Source of the DNA: an uncultured Gammaproteobacteria bacterium
GTDB taxonomy: Bacteria; Patescibacteriota; Patescibacteriia; Magasanikbacterales; UBA922
Direction of reading: 5' to 3'
Assembly (NCBI GenBank): GCA_964435035.1
Contig: CAYSXR010000001.1
Location: forward strand, 212,622-276,621
DNA: 64,000 nt
In this document: positions 38,088-47,602 of the stretch, in pieces
Numbering within the stretch: position 1 is the first letter of the stretch
Layout: every line of letters starts with the position of its first letter
Translations under genes and position numbers: made by a program
Notes under the pieces: generated by a model
The model's database searches: none
Told to the model about the DNA's origin: nothing
Seen by the model: the letters and a program-made list of their open reading frames with translations, nothing else

Positions 38088-39217
38088 GACAAAGTTTTTT
38101 CTATAGATTCCCATAATTTTTTTGCAGTGCTATCCCAGGAAAATTGTATTCGTTGTTTTTTACCATGTTCGATTAACTGTTTTCTGAGTTTCTCGTCGGA
38201 ATACAAAGTACACATGGCATTTTTTATTTCTTCTACATTAAACGGATCAAAGTACAGTGCAGCACTCCCTGCAATTTCTGGTAATGAAGTAACGCGTGAA
38301 GAAATTATGGGAACTTCTGAATTCATTGCTTCGATCAGTGGCACACCAAACCCTTCAAAATAAGGTGGGTAGACGAGACAAAAAGCAGATCCGAGTAAGG
38401 TTTGTAGTTCATGATCATCTATTCGACCAGTAAAAATAACGTCTTTTGTGTAGGTAAGTTTCTGTAATGTTTTTTGAATTTTTGATTTTCCCCAGAACAT
38501 TCGCCCAGAAATAACTAATTTCATATCACTACCGCTCTCTTTCTTGAACAAATCAAATGCTTGAAGCAGCCTCACAATATTTTTTCTCGGATGTACGGAT
38601 CCAATAAAAATAAAATATTCTTTTCCATCAGTATATTTTATGCGTGTTACTATCTTTGAGTCTTCATTAAGTGGTTTGAAGCGTGGATCAACGCCATTGT
38701 ACACCACATCAATCTTAGAAGGGTTTAGATTATACTGTTTTACTAAATCAGCTTTGCTGTAATTGGAAACAGTGGCTATCCGTGTAGCTTCGCGTGCATA
38801 TCGTGGAAAAAAGAGGTTGTAGAATGTTGAAGTCAAAAATTTTAAATCTTTTGGGTAATGTATAAAATTGATATCATGAATGACTGATAATATCTTTGTA
38901 TTACTGCCAAGTGGTATGATTCCCTCAGGAGATACAAATAGGTCTGGTTTGATTTTTTGTAGGGTAGATTTGAGACGTACATGATACCAAAGGTAGGTAA
39001 ACAAAGGATTGGTGGTGGCAGGTGGTATTATTATTGGTGTGATATTTTGTGAAAAAATAAAAGATGGGTCATGTGGCCGATCGAATAAGAAAAAGAACTG
39101 CACTTCAGGGTGTGCTGCTGTAATTTTCTGGAGTGTGTGAAACGTGAAATAACCAATACCATCAAGACGGTCTTTCTGGAGCATTCGCGTGTTTACTGCA
39201 ATTTTGATCTGGTTCAT
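38081..39217 (-). CDS. GT4-family glycosyltransferase
   Basis: GT-B fold with a C-terminal YFEGFGVPLIEAMNSEVPIISSRVTSLPEIAG (EX7E) motif. It converges on the upstream gene with a 7-bp overlap. Confidence 0.65.
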   Translation of the reverse strand: MNQIKIAVNTRMLQKDRLDGIGYFTFHTLQKITAAHPEVQFFFLFDRPHDPSFIFSQNITPIIIPPATTNPLFTYLWYHVRLKSTLQKIKPDLFVSPEGIIPLGSNTKILSVIHDINFIHYPKDLKFLTSTFYNLFFPRYAREATRIATVSNYSKADLVKQYNLNPSKIDVVYNGVDPRFKPLNEDSKIVTRIKYTDGKEYFIFIGSVHPRKNIVRLLQAFDLFKKESGSDMKLVISGRMFWGKSKIQKTLQKLTYTKDVIFTGRIDDHELQTLLGSAFCLVYPPYFEGFGVPLIEAMNSEVPIISSRVTSLPEIAGSAALYFDPFNVEEIKNAMCTLYSDEKLRKQLIEHGKKQRIQFSWDSTAKKLWESIEKTLSQ

Positions 39218-39277
39218 AGAGTAATAAGGCTTGTGATAGAACTATAATATCGTATAAAACATATTTCTTCCAGTAGC

Positions 39278-39306
39278 TTGCAAATTGGCGTATTTTACGA
39301 TATTAT
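39278..39306 (+). promoter_or_regulatory. Sigma-70-type promoter TTGCAA-N17-TATTAT immediately upstream of the 39316 methyltransferase; near-leaderless transcript
   Basis: Hexamers read directly from the sequence, with a 17-nt spacer. The -10 element ends only 9 nt before the ATG. Confidence 0.4.
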
Positions 39307-39315
39307 CTAGCAAGT

Positions 39316-39867
39316 ATGGAAACAAAAAAATTGAATCTAGGATGTGGCACTAATATACAAAAAGGTTGGGTAAATCTTGATATTTCATCATTGCCAGGAG
39401 TAGATGTGGTGCATGATGTGGAGAAGTTGCCACTTCCGTTTAGTGAAAACGAGTTTAGTGAAATTCTCTGTCAGGATATTCTTGAGCACGTTGAATATAT
39501 CCCTATTTTAAAAGAACTCCACCGGATAACGGCACCTGGTGGCGAGGTTTCAATACGGGTACCGCACTTCACTTCCAAACACAATTTTATTGACCCAACG
39601 CACAAAAAAATGTTTTCAATCAATACCTTTGATTTTTTTGTAAAAAATTCTTTTCAACAACATGGTCGTGGGTATTATTTCGACTTCGCATTTAGCTCAT
39701 GCTCAAGTGCAAAAATAACATTTGAACGAGGCTCGATCCTCTTCTTCTTGCATCCGCTTATCGAGCGATGGGTCAATATAAGTCCTCGTATGCAGAAAAT
39801 TTATGAGTCGACATTCCTCTCCCGTTTATTTCCAGCAGCTAATATCCTCATTTCGCTGGTGAAGTAA
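39316..39867 (+). CDS. Class I SAM-dependent methyltransferase (type 11)
   Basis: LNLGCGTN (motif I) and the LPLPFSENEFSEILCQDILEHV, APGGEVSIRVPH motifs. Confidence 0.6.
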   Translation: METKKLNLGCGTNIQKGWVNLDISSLPGVDVVHDVEKLPLPFSENEFSEILCQDILEHVEYIPILKELHRITAPGGEVSIRVPHFTSKHNFIDPTHKKMFSINTFDFFVKNSFQQHGRGYYFDFAFSSCSSAKITFERGSILFFLHPLIERWVNISPRMQKIYESTFLSRLFPAANILISLVK

Positions 39868-39885
39868 TGGTCTTACATTGGTGAT

Positions 39886-40740
39886 ATGAAACTTTCAATT
39901 ATTGTAGTGAACTGGAATACGTGTGACCTTACAAGACAAGCGCTCACTGCTGTTTTTGCTGAGACTCATGGATTTGAATATGAAGTAATAGTTATTGATA
40001 ATAATTCTTCTGATGCAAGCGTTCAGATGATTGCTGATAAATTTCCTCAGGTAACCGTAATTAAAAATACAGAAAATTTCGGCTTTGGGAAAGCAAATAA
40101 TCAAGGAATGAAAATTGCTCAAGGTGAATACATATTTTTATTGAATAGCGATACAGTTGTACTCGATCATGCAATTAATGTGCTTGTTGCGTATTTGGAC
40201 GAACACAAAGATGTTATGTGCGTGGGCCCGAAACTGCTTAATGGAGATATGACATTTCAGCATGCATGTCGGAGGAACTTACCGAATCCAAAAAATGCTT
40301 TTTTTCATCTCTTTGGGTTTGTAAAAATGTTTAAGCAGAGCAAATACATTACTTCATATAAAAGATTTAGTGACAATCCGGACATAACTGAACCTGTTGA
40401 AGCGATATCAGGTGCTGCTATGATGTTTCGAAAAGAGGTATTTGAAACCATTGGTGGCTTTGATGAAAATTTTTTCTTTTATGGGGAAGATTTAGATCTC
40501 TGCAAAAGAATATATGATAAAAATTGGAAAATTATGTATGTACACAATGCACGTATTGTACATTTTGGAGGGAGTAGTAGTAAAAAACGAAAACAAAGTG
40601 CATTGATTAATTTTTACGACTCGATGTGGGTATATTATAAGAAACATTTTAAATACAATTTTTTATTTGATTTTTTTATTTTTGCTGGTATAAAAATTAA
40701 AATGCTTATAGTGCTCTGTGTTAATTTTTTTAAAAAATGA
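39886..40740 (+). CDS. GT2 glycosyltransferase (WbbL/rhamnosyltransferase-like)
   Basis: LSIIVVNWNTCDLTRQAL...VIDNNSSDAS and LLNSDTVV motifs. Confidence 0.7.
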   Translation: MKLSIIVVNWNTCDLTRQALTAVFAETHGFEYEVIVIDNNSSDASVQMIADKFPQVTVIKNTENFGFGKANNQGMKIAQGEYIFLLNSDTVVLDHAINVLVAYLDEHKDVMCVGPKLLNGDMTFQHACRRNLPNPKNAFFHLFGFVKMFKQSKYITSYKRFSDNPDITEPVEAISGAAMMFRKEVFETIGGFDENFFFYGEDLDLCKRIYDKNWKIMYVHNARIVHFGGSSSKKRKQSALINFYDSMWVYYKKHFKYNFLFDFFIFAGIKIKMLIVLCVNFFKK

Positions 40741-40744
40741 ATAT

Positions 40745-41683
40745 ATGAAAACAATATTGGTCACTGGTGCTGCAGGGTTTATTGGCTCACATCTGGTGGA
40801 GAGATTGTTGAGAGAAGAAAATCGGGTAATTGGACTCGATAATTTATTTACTGGCTCAAAGAAAAATTTAAAGGACGCTCTTAAACATCAAAATTTTAAG
40901 TTTATTAAACATGATATTGTTACGCCATTTTTTATTAAAGAAAAAGTAGACCAGGTATATAATCTCGCTTGTCCTGCATCTCCAGTTCATTATCAATCGA
41001 ATCAAGTTCATACAACCAAGGCATGTACGATTGGTGTTATCAATGTGCTTGGTTTTGCACGAAAACACAAAGCACGAGCACTTCAAGCATCAACGTCAGA
41101 AGTCTACGGGGATCCAGAGCAGCATCCACAGTCCGAAGAGTATCAAGGAAATGTAAATCCGGTCGGTCCACGAGCATGTTATGACGAGGGGAAACGAGCT
41201 GCAGAGACTCTTTTCTTTGACTATTACCGCATGCACGGGATGGAGATAAAAGTAGCACGAATATTTAATACGTATGGTCCTCGCATGTCAAAAGAAGATG
41301 GTAGAGTAGTTTCAAATTTTATTGTCCAGGCACTTCAGGAAAAATCAATTACACTGTACGGTGAAGGTACTCAGACACGTAGCTTTTGCTATGTGAGTGA
41401 TCTGGTAGATGGTCTGATTAAATTAATGAATTCATCAAAGAAGTTACAAGGTCCAATCAATTTAGGAAATCCTACAGAACAGACTGTAAAAGATTTGGCA
41501 ATTATGATACAGAGGATTATTGGATCTAATAGTAAAATATCCTACAAAAAGCTTCCTGTTGATGATCCACGACGACGATGTCCGGACATTACCAAGGCGC
41601 ACAAGCTCTTGCGTTGGTCGCCAAAAGTTGATATAAACAAAGGATTGCAAGAAACTATTGAATACTTTAGAACAGTACTATGA
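40745..41683 (+). CDS. uxs: UDP-glucuronate decarboxylase (UDP-xylose synthase)
   Basis: Colinear with UXS1: VTGAAGFIGSHLV, ASTSEVYGDP, CYDEGKR (YxxxK) and FNTYGPRM are all present. Length about 313 aa. Confidence 0.8.
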   Translation: MKTILVTGAAGFIGSHLVERLLREENRVIGLDNLFTGSKKNLKDALKHQNFKFIKHDIVTPFFIKEKVDQVYNLACPASPVHYQSNQVHTTKACTIGVINVLGFARKHKARALQASTSEVYGDPEQHPQSEEYQGNVNPVGPRACYDEGKRAAETLFFDYYRMHGMEIKVARIFNTYGPRMSKEDGRVVSNFIVQALQEKSITLYGEGTQTRSFCYVSDLVDGLIKLMNSSKKLQGPINLGNPTEQTVKDLAIMIQRIIGSNSKISYKKLPVDDPRRRCPDITKAHKLLRWSPKVDINKGLQETIEYFRTVL

Positions 41684-43083
41684 ACATTTTGTATATCGGT
41701 GCGGGGTTTGTTGGTACATGCTCAGCTGCGGTGTCGGCTGATTCAGGACATACAACGCTCGTGTATGATATTGATGCTACAAGAATACAAAAACTCTCGA
41801 GTAATGATCGAGATACGATTCAGTCATGTCTTCATGAGGAAGGTCTTCCTGAACTTTTGATTAGAAATAAAAACCGTATCACCTTTACTGATACACTTTT
41901 AGTGGTTGAAAAATTTATTGATGAGGTTGATGCGGTATTTATGTGCCTTCCAACTCCTGAAAAGCAGGGCGCGACAGGAGAGACTGATCTTTCGTTTTAC
42001 GAACAGTCGGTCGAGGAATTAGGTCCATTATTATCCAAAAGAAATGGAGGAGCACAAAAAAAGCGATTGGTGATTGTAAACAAAAGCACGGTTCCAATTA
42101 AGATGATTGACTATACGGAAAAGTTGTTCACCGAACAAGGCGTACAAAATTTTGGTATTGTTTCAAATCCAGAATTTCTTGTTGAAGGAAAGGCGATCAA
42201 AGATTCTATACATCCTGACCGAGTGGTAGTTGGTGCTCATACTGCTGAAGATTTTCAGATTATGCGTGAGCTCTATCAGCGTTTTTGTGATTCAAGTACC
42301 GTTACATATATTGAAGTAAATCCATACGAAGCAGCATGCGGTAAATTGATTGCGAATTTTTTGCTTTTTAACAAAGTAGTTACCGCGTATGATGTAGTTG
42401 GAAGAACATGCGAATATTTTGATAATGTAAATTATGAATCAGTAAGAAAAATCTTGATTGCCGATCCGCGTATCGGATCGTGGGGACTGTATAATAGTCT
42501 CTATGCAGGTGGAAGTTGTTTTATCAAAGATGCTGCATCTCTGGCAAATCAGCTTGAGCAGGCGGGATCACATGCACACCTTATTCGAGAAACCCTCGAA
42601 GCAAATACGTTCCAGTGCAATCATTTTTTTAGTCGTGCAAAGACCAATGCGAATATAGAGTGGACTGGTAAAAGAGTGGGTATACTCGGTGTGGCGTTCA
42701 AACAATCAACTAATGATATTAGAAATTCAGGTGCAATTAATATCATTCATGAATTACTAGGAGCTGGTGTTGAGGAAATCAAAGTGTACGATCCTGCGGC
42801 ACTCGGGGAAGCTCGGAAATATTTTAACCCAGAAAAGAATGAATTGTATCAAAAGATCATGTATGCCGATAATGAAAGCGAGGCAATAGAAGATATTGAT
42901 GTATGTATTATTGCTACTGATTGGCCGCAGTTTAGAGGAGTCGGTGACCAATTACTCGCTTTGAAAAATCGTCCGCTCATTATGGATGGTCGACGAATCC
43001 TCCAGCATCAGTACAAAGATTTGATGGCTGCAGGTTTTTCTGTAATTGCAGTAGGTTCCCCATTTCTTTCTCGGTCTAACTAA
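41680..43083 (+). CDS. ugd: UDP-glucose 6-dehydrogenase family protein
   Basis: N-terminal NAD-binding IGAGFVGT, the GGSCFIKD catalytic-Cys motif and a C-terminal UDP-binding domain. Length 467 aa. Confidence 0.8.
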   Translation: MNILYIGAGFVGTCSAAVSADSGHTTLVYDIDATRIQKLSSNDRDTIQSCLHEEGLPELLIRNKNRITFTDTLLVVEKFIDEVDAVFMCLPTPEKQGATGETDLSFYEQSVEELGPLLSKRNGGAQKKRLVIVNKSTVPIKMIDYTEKLFTEQGVQNFGIVSNPEFLVEGKAIKDSIHPDRVVVGAHTAEDFQIMRELYQRFCDSSTVTYIEVNPYEAACGKLIANFLLFNKVVTAYDVVGRTCEYFDNVNYESVRKILIADPRIGSWGLYNSLYAGGSCFIKDAASLANQLEQAGSHAHLIRETLEANTFQCNHFFSRAKTNANIEWTGKRVGILGVAFKQSTNDIRNSGAINIIHELLGAGVEEIKVYDPAALGEARKYFNPEKNELYQKIMYADNESEAIEDIDVCIIATDWPQFRGVGDQLLALKNRPLIMDGRRILQHQYKDLMAAGFSVIAVGSPFLSRSN

Positions 43084-43104
43084 ACAACATTAATCCTAAA
43101 AAAT

Positions 43105-44025
43105 ATGGCGAATTACCTGGTGACTGGTGGTGCCGGATTTATCGGAACTAATTTGGTAATTGAATTAAAAAAAGCTGGACACTCAGTCAAAGTGATTGAT
43201 AATTTTTCAGGTGGACGAAAAGAAAATAGAATCCAAAAGGATGTTACATATATAGAAGGAGATATACGTGATTTAGATTTGTTGGTACGAGAAATGCAAG
43301 GTGTGGATGGTGTGTTTCATCTGGCAGCGCTTCCTCGGGTAATTTATTCTATTGAACATCCTCAAGAAACGCATGATGTAAATGTAAATGGCACACTCAA
43401 CGTGCTTCTCGCAGCAAGAGATGCAGGGGTTAAGCGCGTAGTATTTTCTTCATCTTCTTCTACCTATGGCGATCAGCCACGAGAAGTATTTCCCATAAAA
43501 GAAGATGGGATAATCAAAAAACCACTAGCCCCATACGCACTTCATAAGTTTATCGGAGAAGAATATTGCAGACTCTTTGCAGAACTCTACAACCTAGAAA
43601 CCGTTTCGTTGGTATACTACAATGTATATGGATCATTTTCTGATCCAGAGGGTGCATATGCATTGGTGATTGGTAAATTTTTGAAGCTTCGAAAAGAGGG
43701 AAAACCACTCACGATACGCGGTGATGGTGAGTATTATCGAGATTATACACATGTGAGAGATGTTGTGAGGGCAAATTTCCTGGCAATGACGAAAGATACC
43801 GTAGGAAAGGGAGAAGTAATTAACGTTGGAAACAATAATCCATATTCGGTGAATCAGCTCGCAGAGCTTATTGGTGGGGAAACAACGCTAGTAGAATCGT
43901 TTCCTGGTGAAATGCGCTATACTAATGCAGATATAACCAAAGCAAAACAAATGCTTGGCTGGGAGCCCACGATTACTCTCGAAGAAGGAATTGCTGAGCT
44001 CAAAAAAGAATGGGGAATTGAATAG
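43105..44025 (+). CDS. NAD-dependent nucleotide-sugar 4-epimerase (UDP-hexose or UDP-pentose 4-epimerase-like)
   Basis: VTGGAGFIGTNLV, SSSSSTYGD and YALHKFIGE (YxxxK) motifs. Length 306 aa. Confidence 0.65.
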   Translation: MANYLVTGGAGFIGTNLVIELKKAGHSVKVIDNFSGGRKENRIQKDVTYIEGDIRDLDLLVREMQGVDGVFHLAALPRVIYSIEHPQETHDVNVNGTLNVLLAARDAGVKRVVFSSSSSTYGDQPREVFPIKEDGIIKKPLAPYALHKFIGEEYCRLFAELYNLETVSLVYYNVYGSFSDPEGAYALVIGKFLKLRKEGKPLTIRGDGEYYRDYTHVRDVVRANFLAMTKDTVGKGEVINVGNNNPYSVNQLAELIGGETTLVESFPGEMRYTNADITKAKQMLGWEPTITLEEGIAELKKEWGIE

Positions 44026-44027
44026 AG

Positions 44028-44098
44028 TCTGAAAGTCGAAAGTCTATAAAGTAAATGCAAAATATGACTTTAGGACTTTTTGACTTGTAGACTTTTGA
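44028..44098. terminator. Imperfect long inverted repeat between convergent genes (putative bidirectional terminator)
   Basis: AGTCTGAAAGTCGAAAGTCT ... GACTTTAGGACTTTTTGACTTGTAGACTTTTGACT. The left and right halves are approximate reverse complements. Confidence 0.35.
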
Positions 44099-44101
44099 CT
44101 C

Positions 44102-45526
44102 CTACTGTCCCATCCCCCTGAGTACTACATTCACCGTCCGAAGGATGATCGAGAGGTCAAGAAGTGCTGATTTATTTTTTATGTAGTACAAGTCGTATTG
44201 TAATTTCTTGAGAGATGATTCTAAGTCTTCAGTATAATGTTGTTGAATTGCCGCCCAACCTGTAATACCGGGTTTGATAATATGGCGAAGCGGATAATAC
44301 GGCATGAGTTCGGTAAGCTTCTCAACAATCTCTGGTCGCTCAGGTCGAGGTCCTACAAGTGTCACTTCTCCCTTGAGTAGATTAAAAGCTTGAGGAAGCT
44401 CATCAAGTCTGGTTTTTCGTAAAAATTTACCGATAGGAGTGATGCGTTCATCATTTTTTTTGGCAAATTCATATCCATGAGTTTCTGCACTTCCATCTTC
44501 TGCAAGTACATACATCGTACGTAATTTGTACATCCAGAATATTTTTCCACCTTCACCCACCATTCGATTGGTTTCTTTTTCACCTCGTTGTTGTTTGAAG
44601 AATATTGGTCCAGGTGAAGATAGTTTGATTGCAATCGCAAGAAAGGGAAAGAGTACTATGAAAATAAGTCCAAATAAAAGTCCAAATACGATGTCGGTTC
44701 CACGTTTTGCTTTCGCATAGACCGGATGTTCAGCGGTTTGTAAGTTACTGAGGAACCAACTTTCAGAAAAAGTGCTGGGCGGGATTCGACCGGTCACTGT
44801 TTCATAAAATGAAGTCATGTCTAGAATTTGTACTTGCCAGAAAAGTAGTTCATATAATTCTCTTCGTACCTCTTCTCTATCACTCATATTTGGCGCTACA
44901 ACAACAGTATGAATATGCTGGGTATCAATAGCGGGACGTAGTGTGTGTAGTGTGTGGTATACTTCTACATCATTATGTGAGGGTTTTTCAAAATGAGCAT
45001 CAGGGTCGATGACTGTCGAAACATGGTATCCAAGGTTTGGTTGATTTTCAATAATTGAAATAAGTTCTTTTACTTCATCAGTCACACCAAGGAATAAAAT
45101 TCGTGTTTTGAGTTTGTGAGTACCAATGTAGGTAAGGTAGAGTGTGCGAAAAAGAGCAGCTAAGCTAAAACCAATAACCGTGGTGAGAAAAAGTATGGTC
45201 TTCGGAGTGATATCATCACTAGGTTTGAGGTAGAAAAAAATCATTCCGAGGATAAAGGCTACTACTGCAGATTCAATTGTCCTGCGTGTGTTACTACTCA
45301 GCGTCATGAGGCGAAGGTCATATAAACCGGTGATATAGTTTGCTATGATCCATAGACAAAAAACCACCGTGAAGGGGCTGAGGTGGTGGACAATCTGATC
45401 AATCGTAGGCATTGATAGTGTGCGTAGTCCTAACGCAAGAATAAATCCTGCATAATAGGAAGTAAAATCGCCTAGAAGAAGCAGTATTTGCCTCATCCTG
45501 TAACTAAAAGTAATGTTTGCGAACAC
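44102..45526 (-). CDS. Undecaprenyl-phosphate sugar phosphotransferase (WbaP/CpsE-like initiating transferase)
   Basis: The C-terminal bacterial sugar-transferase domain is present (LRTMYV, PRPERP, KPGITGWAAI...DLYYIKNKSALLDLSIIL). About 5 N-terminal TM helices. Confidence 0.75.
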   Translation of the reverse strand: MFANITFSYRMRQILLLLGDFTSYYAGFILALGLRTLSMPTIDQIVHHLSPFTVVFCLWIIANYITGLYDLRLMTLSSNTRRTIESAVVAFILGMIFFYLKPSDDITPKTILFLTTVIGFSLAALFRTLYLTYIGTHKLKTRILFLGVTDEVKELISIIENQPNLGYHVSTVIDPDAHFEKPSHNDVEVYHTLHTLRPAIDTQHIHTVVVAPNMSDREEVRRELYELLFWQVQILDMTSFYETVTGRIPPSTFSESWFLSNLQTAEHPVYAKAKRGTDIVFGLLFGLIFIVLFPFLAIAIKLSSPGPIFFKQQRGEKETNRMVGEGGKIFWMYKLRTMYVLAEDGSAETHGYEFAKKNDERITPIGKFLRKTRLDELPQAFNLLKGEVTLVGPRPERPEIVEKLTELMPYYPLRHIIKPGITGWAAIQQHYTEDLESSLKKLQYDLYYIKNKSALLDLSIILRTVNVVLRGMGQ

Positions 45527-45596
45527 AGGTTTGGTATGTTATACTTATAAACATAATTTAGCAGAGTTTTCAAAAAAAAACAAGTGCTTTTCGGGT

Positions 45597-47594
45597 ATGT
45601 TCAACTTCAAAAATACGCTTTTATACCTAGCCATTATACTGACTTTTACACCTGTTACATCACATCAGGTGTATGCAGAATTTCCGAATGATCCAGGTGC
45701 ACGTCAGTGGTCCTACGCAACTGCAGAGGTATATCGTGCATGGGAACAGGCTTCAGGTTCATCACAAGTGATTGTAGCAATTATTGATAATGGTTTCGAT
45801 GAAACGCATCCTGATTTAGTTGGGGCGAGGTGGACTAATGAAGATGAAATACCGGATAATGGTCATGATGATGATTCAAATGGATATATCGACGATATTC
45901 ATGGATGGAATTTTGTGAGCAAAGGCCAGGAATTGGATCAGGAATCAAATGAAGACTACGCTGATAATGAACATTCTGTCGTAAATCATGCAACGGTTGT
46001 CGCTGGAATTATTGGGGCAGTAGGAAATAATGGTAAGTATGGGGTAGGGATAGCATATGGTGTGCGATTGATGAATTTGCAAGTCGTAGATGATTATGGA
46101 GTAGGTGCTCCTGAAGCATTAGTCGAAGCAATTTATTATGCGGTGAATAATGGTGCAAGTGTAATCAATATCAGCATGGTGGGAAAAGGTTCGGTCCCTG
46201 AAGTACGGTCCGCAATTAATTATGCATATCAAAAAGGTGTGATTATTGTTGGCGCTGCAGGAAATGACAGAGAAAATCTCAATGAAACTCCATGGTTTCC
46301 AATTTGTAACGACATGTATGATCCATATACACAGGTCATTGGAGTAAGTGCCGTTGATTCCACTCGTAGACTAGCAAGTTTTTCAAATACGGGCGCGTCT
46401 TGTATTGATCTGACAGCTCCTGGAGTAGATATCGCAGGTCCTATTCGAGCTTCCAATAGTGAATTGTATGTGAATGGTTGGAATGGTACCTCATTTGCTA
46501 CTCCATTTGTTAGTGCAGCGGCAGCATTAGTAAGAAGTGTACAGCCTACCTGGCATATCGATCAGATTGTACGAACTCTTAAATCTACGGTGCGTCATAC
46601 GCCGAGTCCGGATGAAGAAGTTTATGCTGAGGCATATGGAAAAGGACTGGTACAAATTGGTACTGCAGTCGAAAGCGCAAAAATTGGAGTAGTGCTTGCA
46701 CCAAAATTATTTATTGACGGAGAGATCGATTCATCGTTTACTGCACCTCGAAGATTATTGATAACTTCTGAAGGGAAAAATGGCTTTGCAGATTTATTGC
46801 AAGGGAATAAAATTGATGTGATCGCAGATCCGCTCAAAGATGCAGTGACTATGACTACGTTTCGAGAAGTGAATGGTACACCTCTGTATGCGGTAGTAAA
46901 GAAAAATGGACAAGTGTCTACTGTCCATATATACACAACATCCTGGATTGAAAAATATCGTTGGTCGATTAGCAGCACACCGTCACAAATATTGATAGCA
47001 GATATTGATGGGGATTCGGATAAAGAAGTGGTGATTGTTGGTGAAAGTGGAAACTTGAGCGTGTTTAGTCTTAATGGAATCAAACGTGGCACTATACAGA
47101 GTATTGAGGGGCAGGCTAAAGGATTTGGAGTTGTTCGCCATAATTTTGAAACAGGGAAGGATGAAATTATATATGCATCAATGATTTCAAACTCGCATAC
47201 CGTGTTTACCAAAATTATTTCGATAACTGATGTGCCAGAAAAATTATTTGAAGTTGTACTTAAGTCATTGGGCAGTATCGCATATATCAATGACCTTGAA
47301 GATAGTATTGTGGTTGGTTCAGAAATTGGTACGGGATCACTAGTAACAGTCTTTTCGCTGACTGGTGAGGAAAAAAATTCATTCAGCCCATACAATTTAG
47401 GATTTCGGGGAGGGGTACAGGTTTCAGGGGTGCTCTATGGTGAAGAAGGATTGGAACGCATTGCGGTAACTCCAAAACGTGGAGTAGAATCACTTCGTAT
47501 TTTTGATAGCACAGGAAACATGCTTCTTGATAAATCTGTTGATACGGTACTTTCTCCTGAAAAAAAAGTTTTAACCGCTCTTGCTTCATTTTAA
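45597..47594 (+). CDS. Secreted subtilisin-like serine protease (S8) with C-terminal FG-GAP/VCBS-like repeat region
   Basis: Signal peptide. Catalytic Asp (VAIIDNGFD), His (HATVVAGIIG) and Ser (GTSFATPFVSAAAAL) motifs. The C-terminal half has DIDGDSDKEVVIVG repeats. Confidence 0.8.
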   Translation: MFNFKNTLLYLAIILTFTPVTSHQVYAEFPNDPGARQWSYATAEVYRAWEQASGSSQVIVAIIDNGFDETHPDLVGARWTNEDEIPDNGHDDDSNGYIDDIHGWNFVSKGQELDQESNEDYADNEHSVVNHATVVAGIIGAVGNNGKYGVGIAYGVRLMNLQVVDDYGVGAPEALVEAIYYAVNNGASVINISMVGKGSVPEVRSAINYAYQKGVIIVGAAGNDRENLNETPWFPICNDMYDPYTQVIGVSAVDSTRRLASFSNTGASCIDLTAPGVDIAGPIRASNSELYVNGWNGTSFATPFVSAAAALVRSVQPTWHIDQIVRTLKSTVRHTPSPDEEVYAEAYGKGLVQIGTAVESAKIGVVLAPKLFIDGEIDSSFTAPRRLLITSEGKNGFADLLQGNKIDVIADPLKDAVTMTTFREVNGTPLYAVVKKNGQVSTVHIYTTSWIEKYRWSISSTPSQILIADIDGDSDKEVVIVGESGNLSVFSLNGIKRGTIQSIEGQAKGFGVVRHNFETGKDEIIYASMISNSHTVFTKIISITDVPEKLFEVVLKSLGSIAYINDLEDSIVVGSEIGTGSLVTVFSLTGEEKNSFSPYNLGFRGGVQVSGVLYGEEGLERIAVTPKRGVESLRIFDSTGNMLLDKSVDTVLSPEKKVLTALASF

Positions 47595-47602
47595 TAACCT
47601 CT

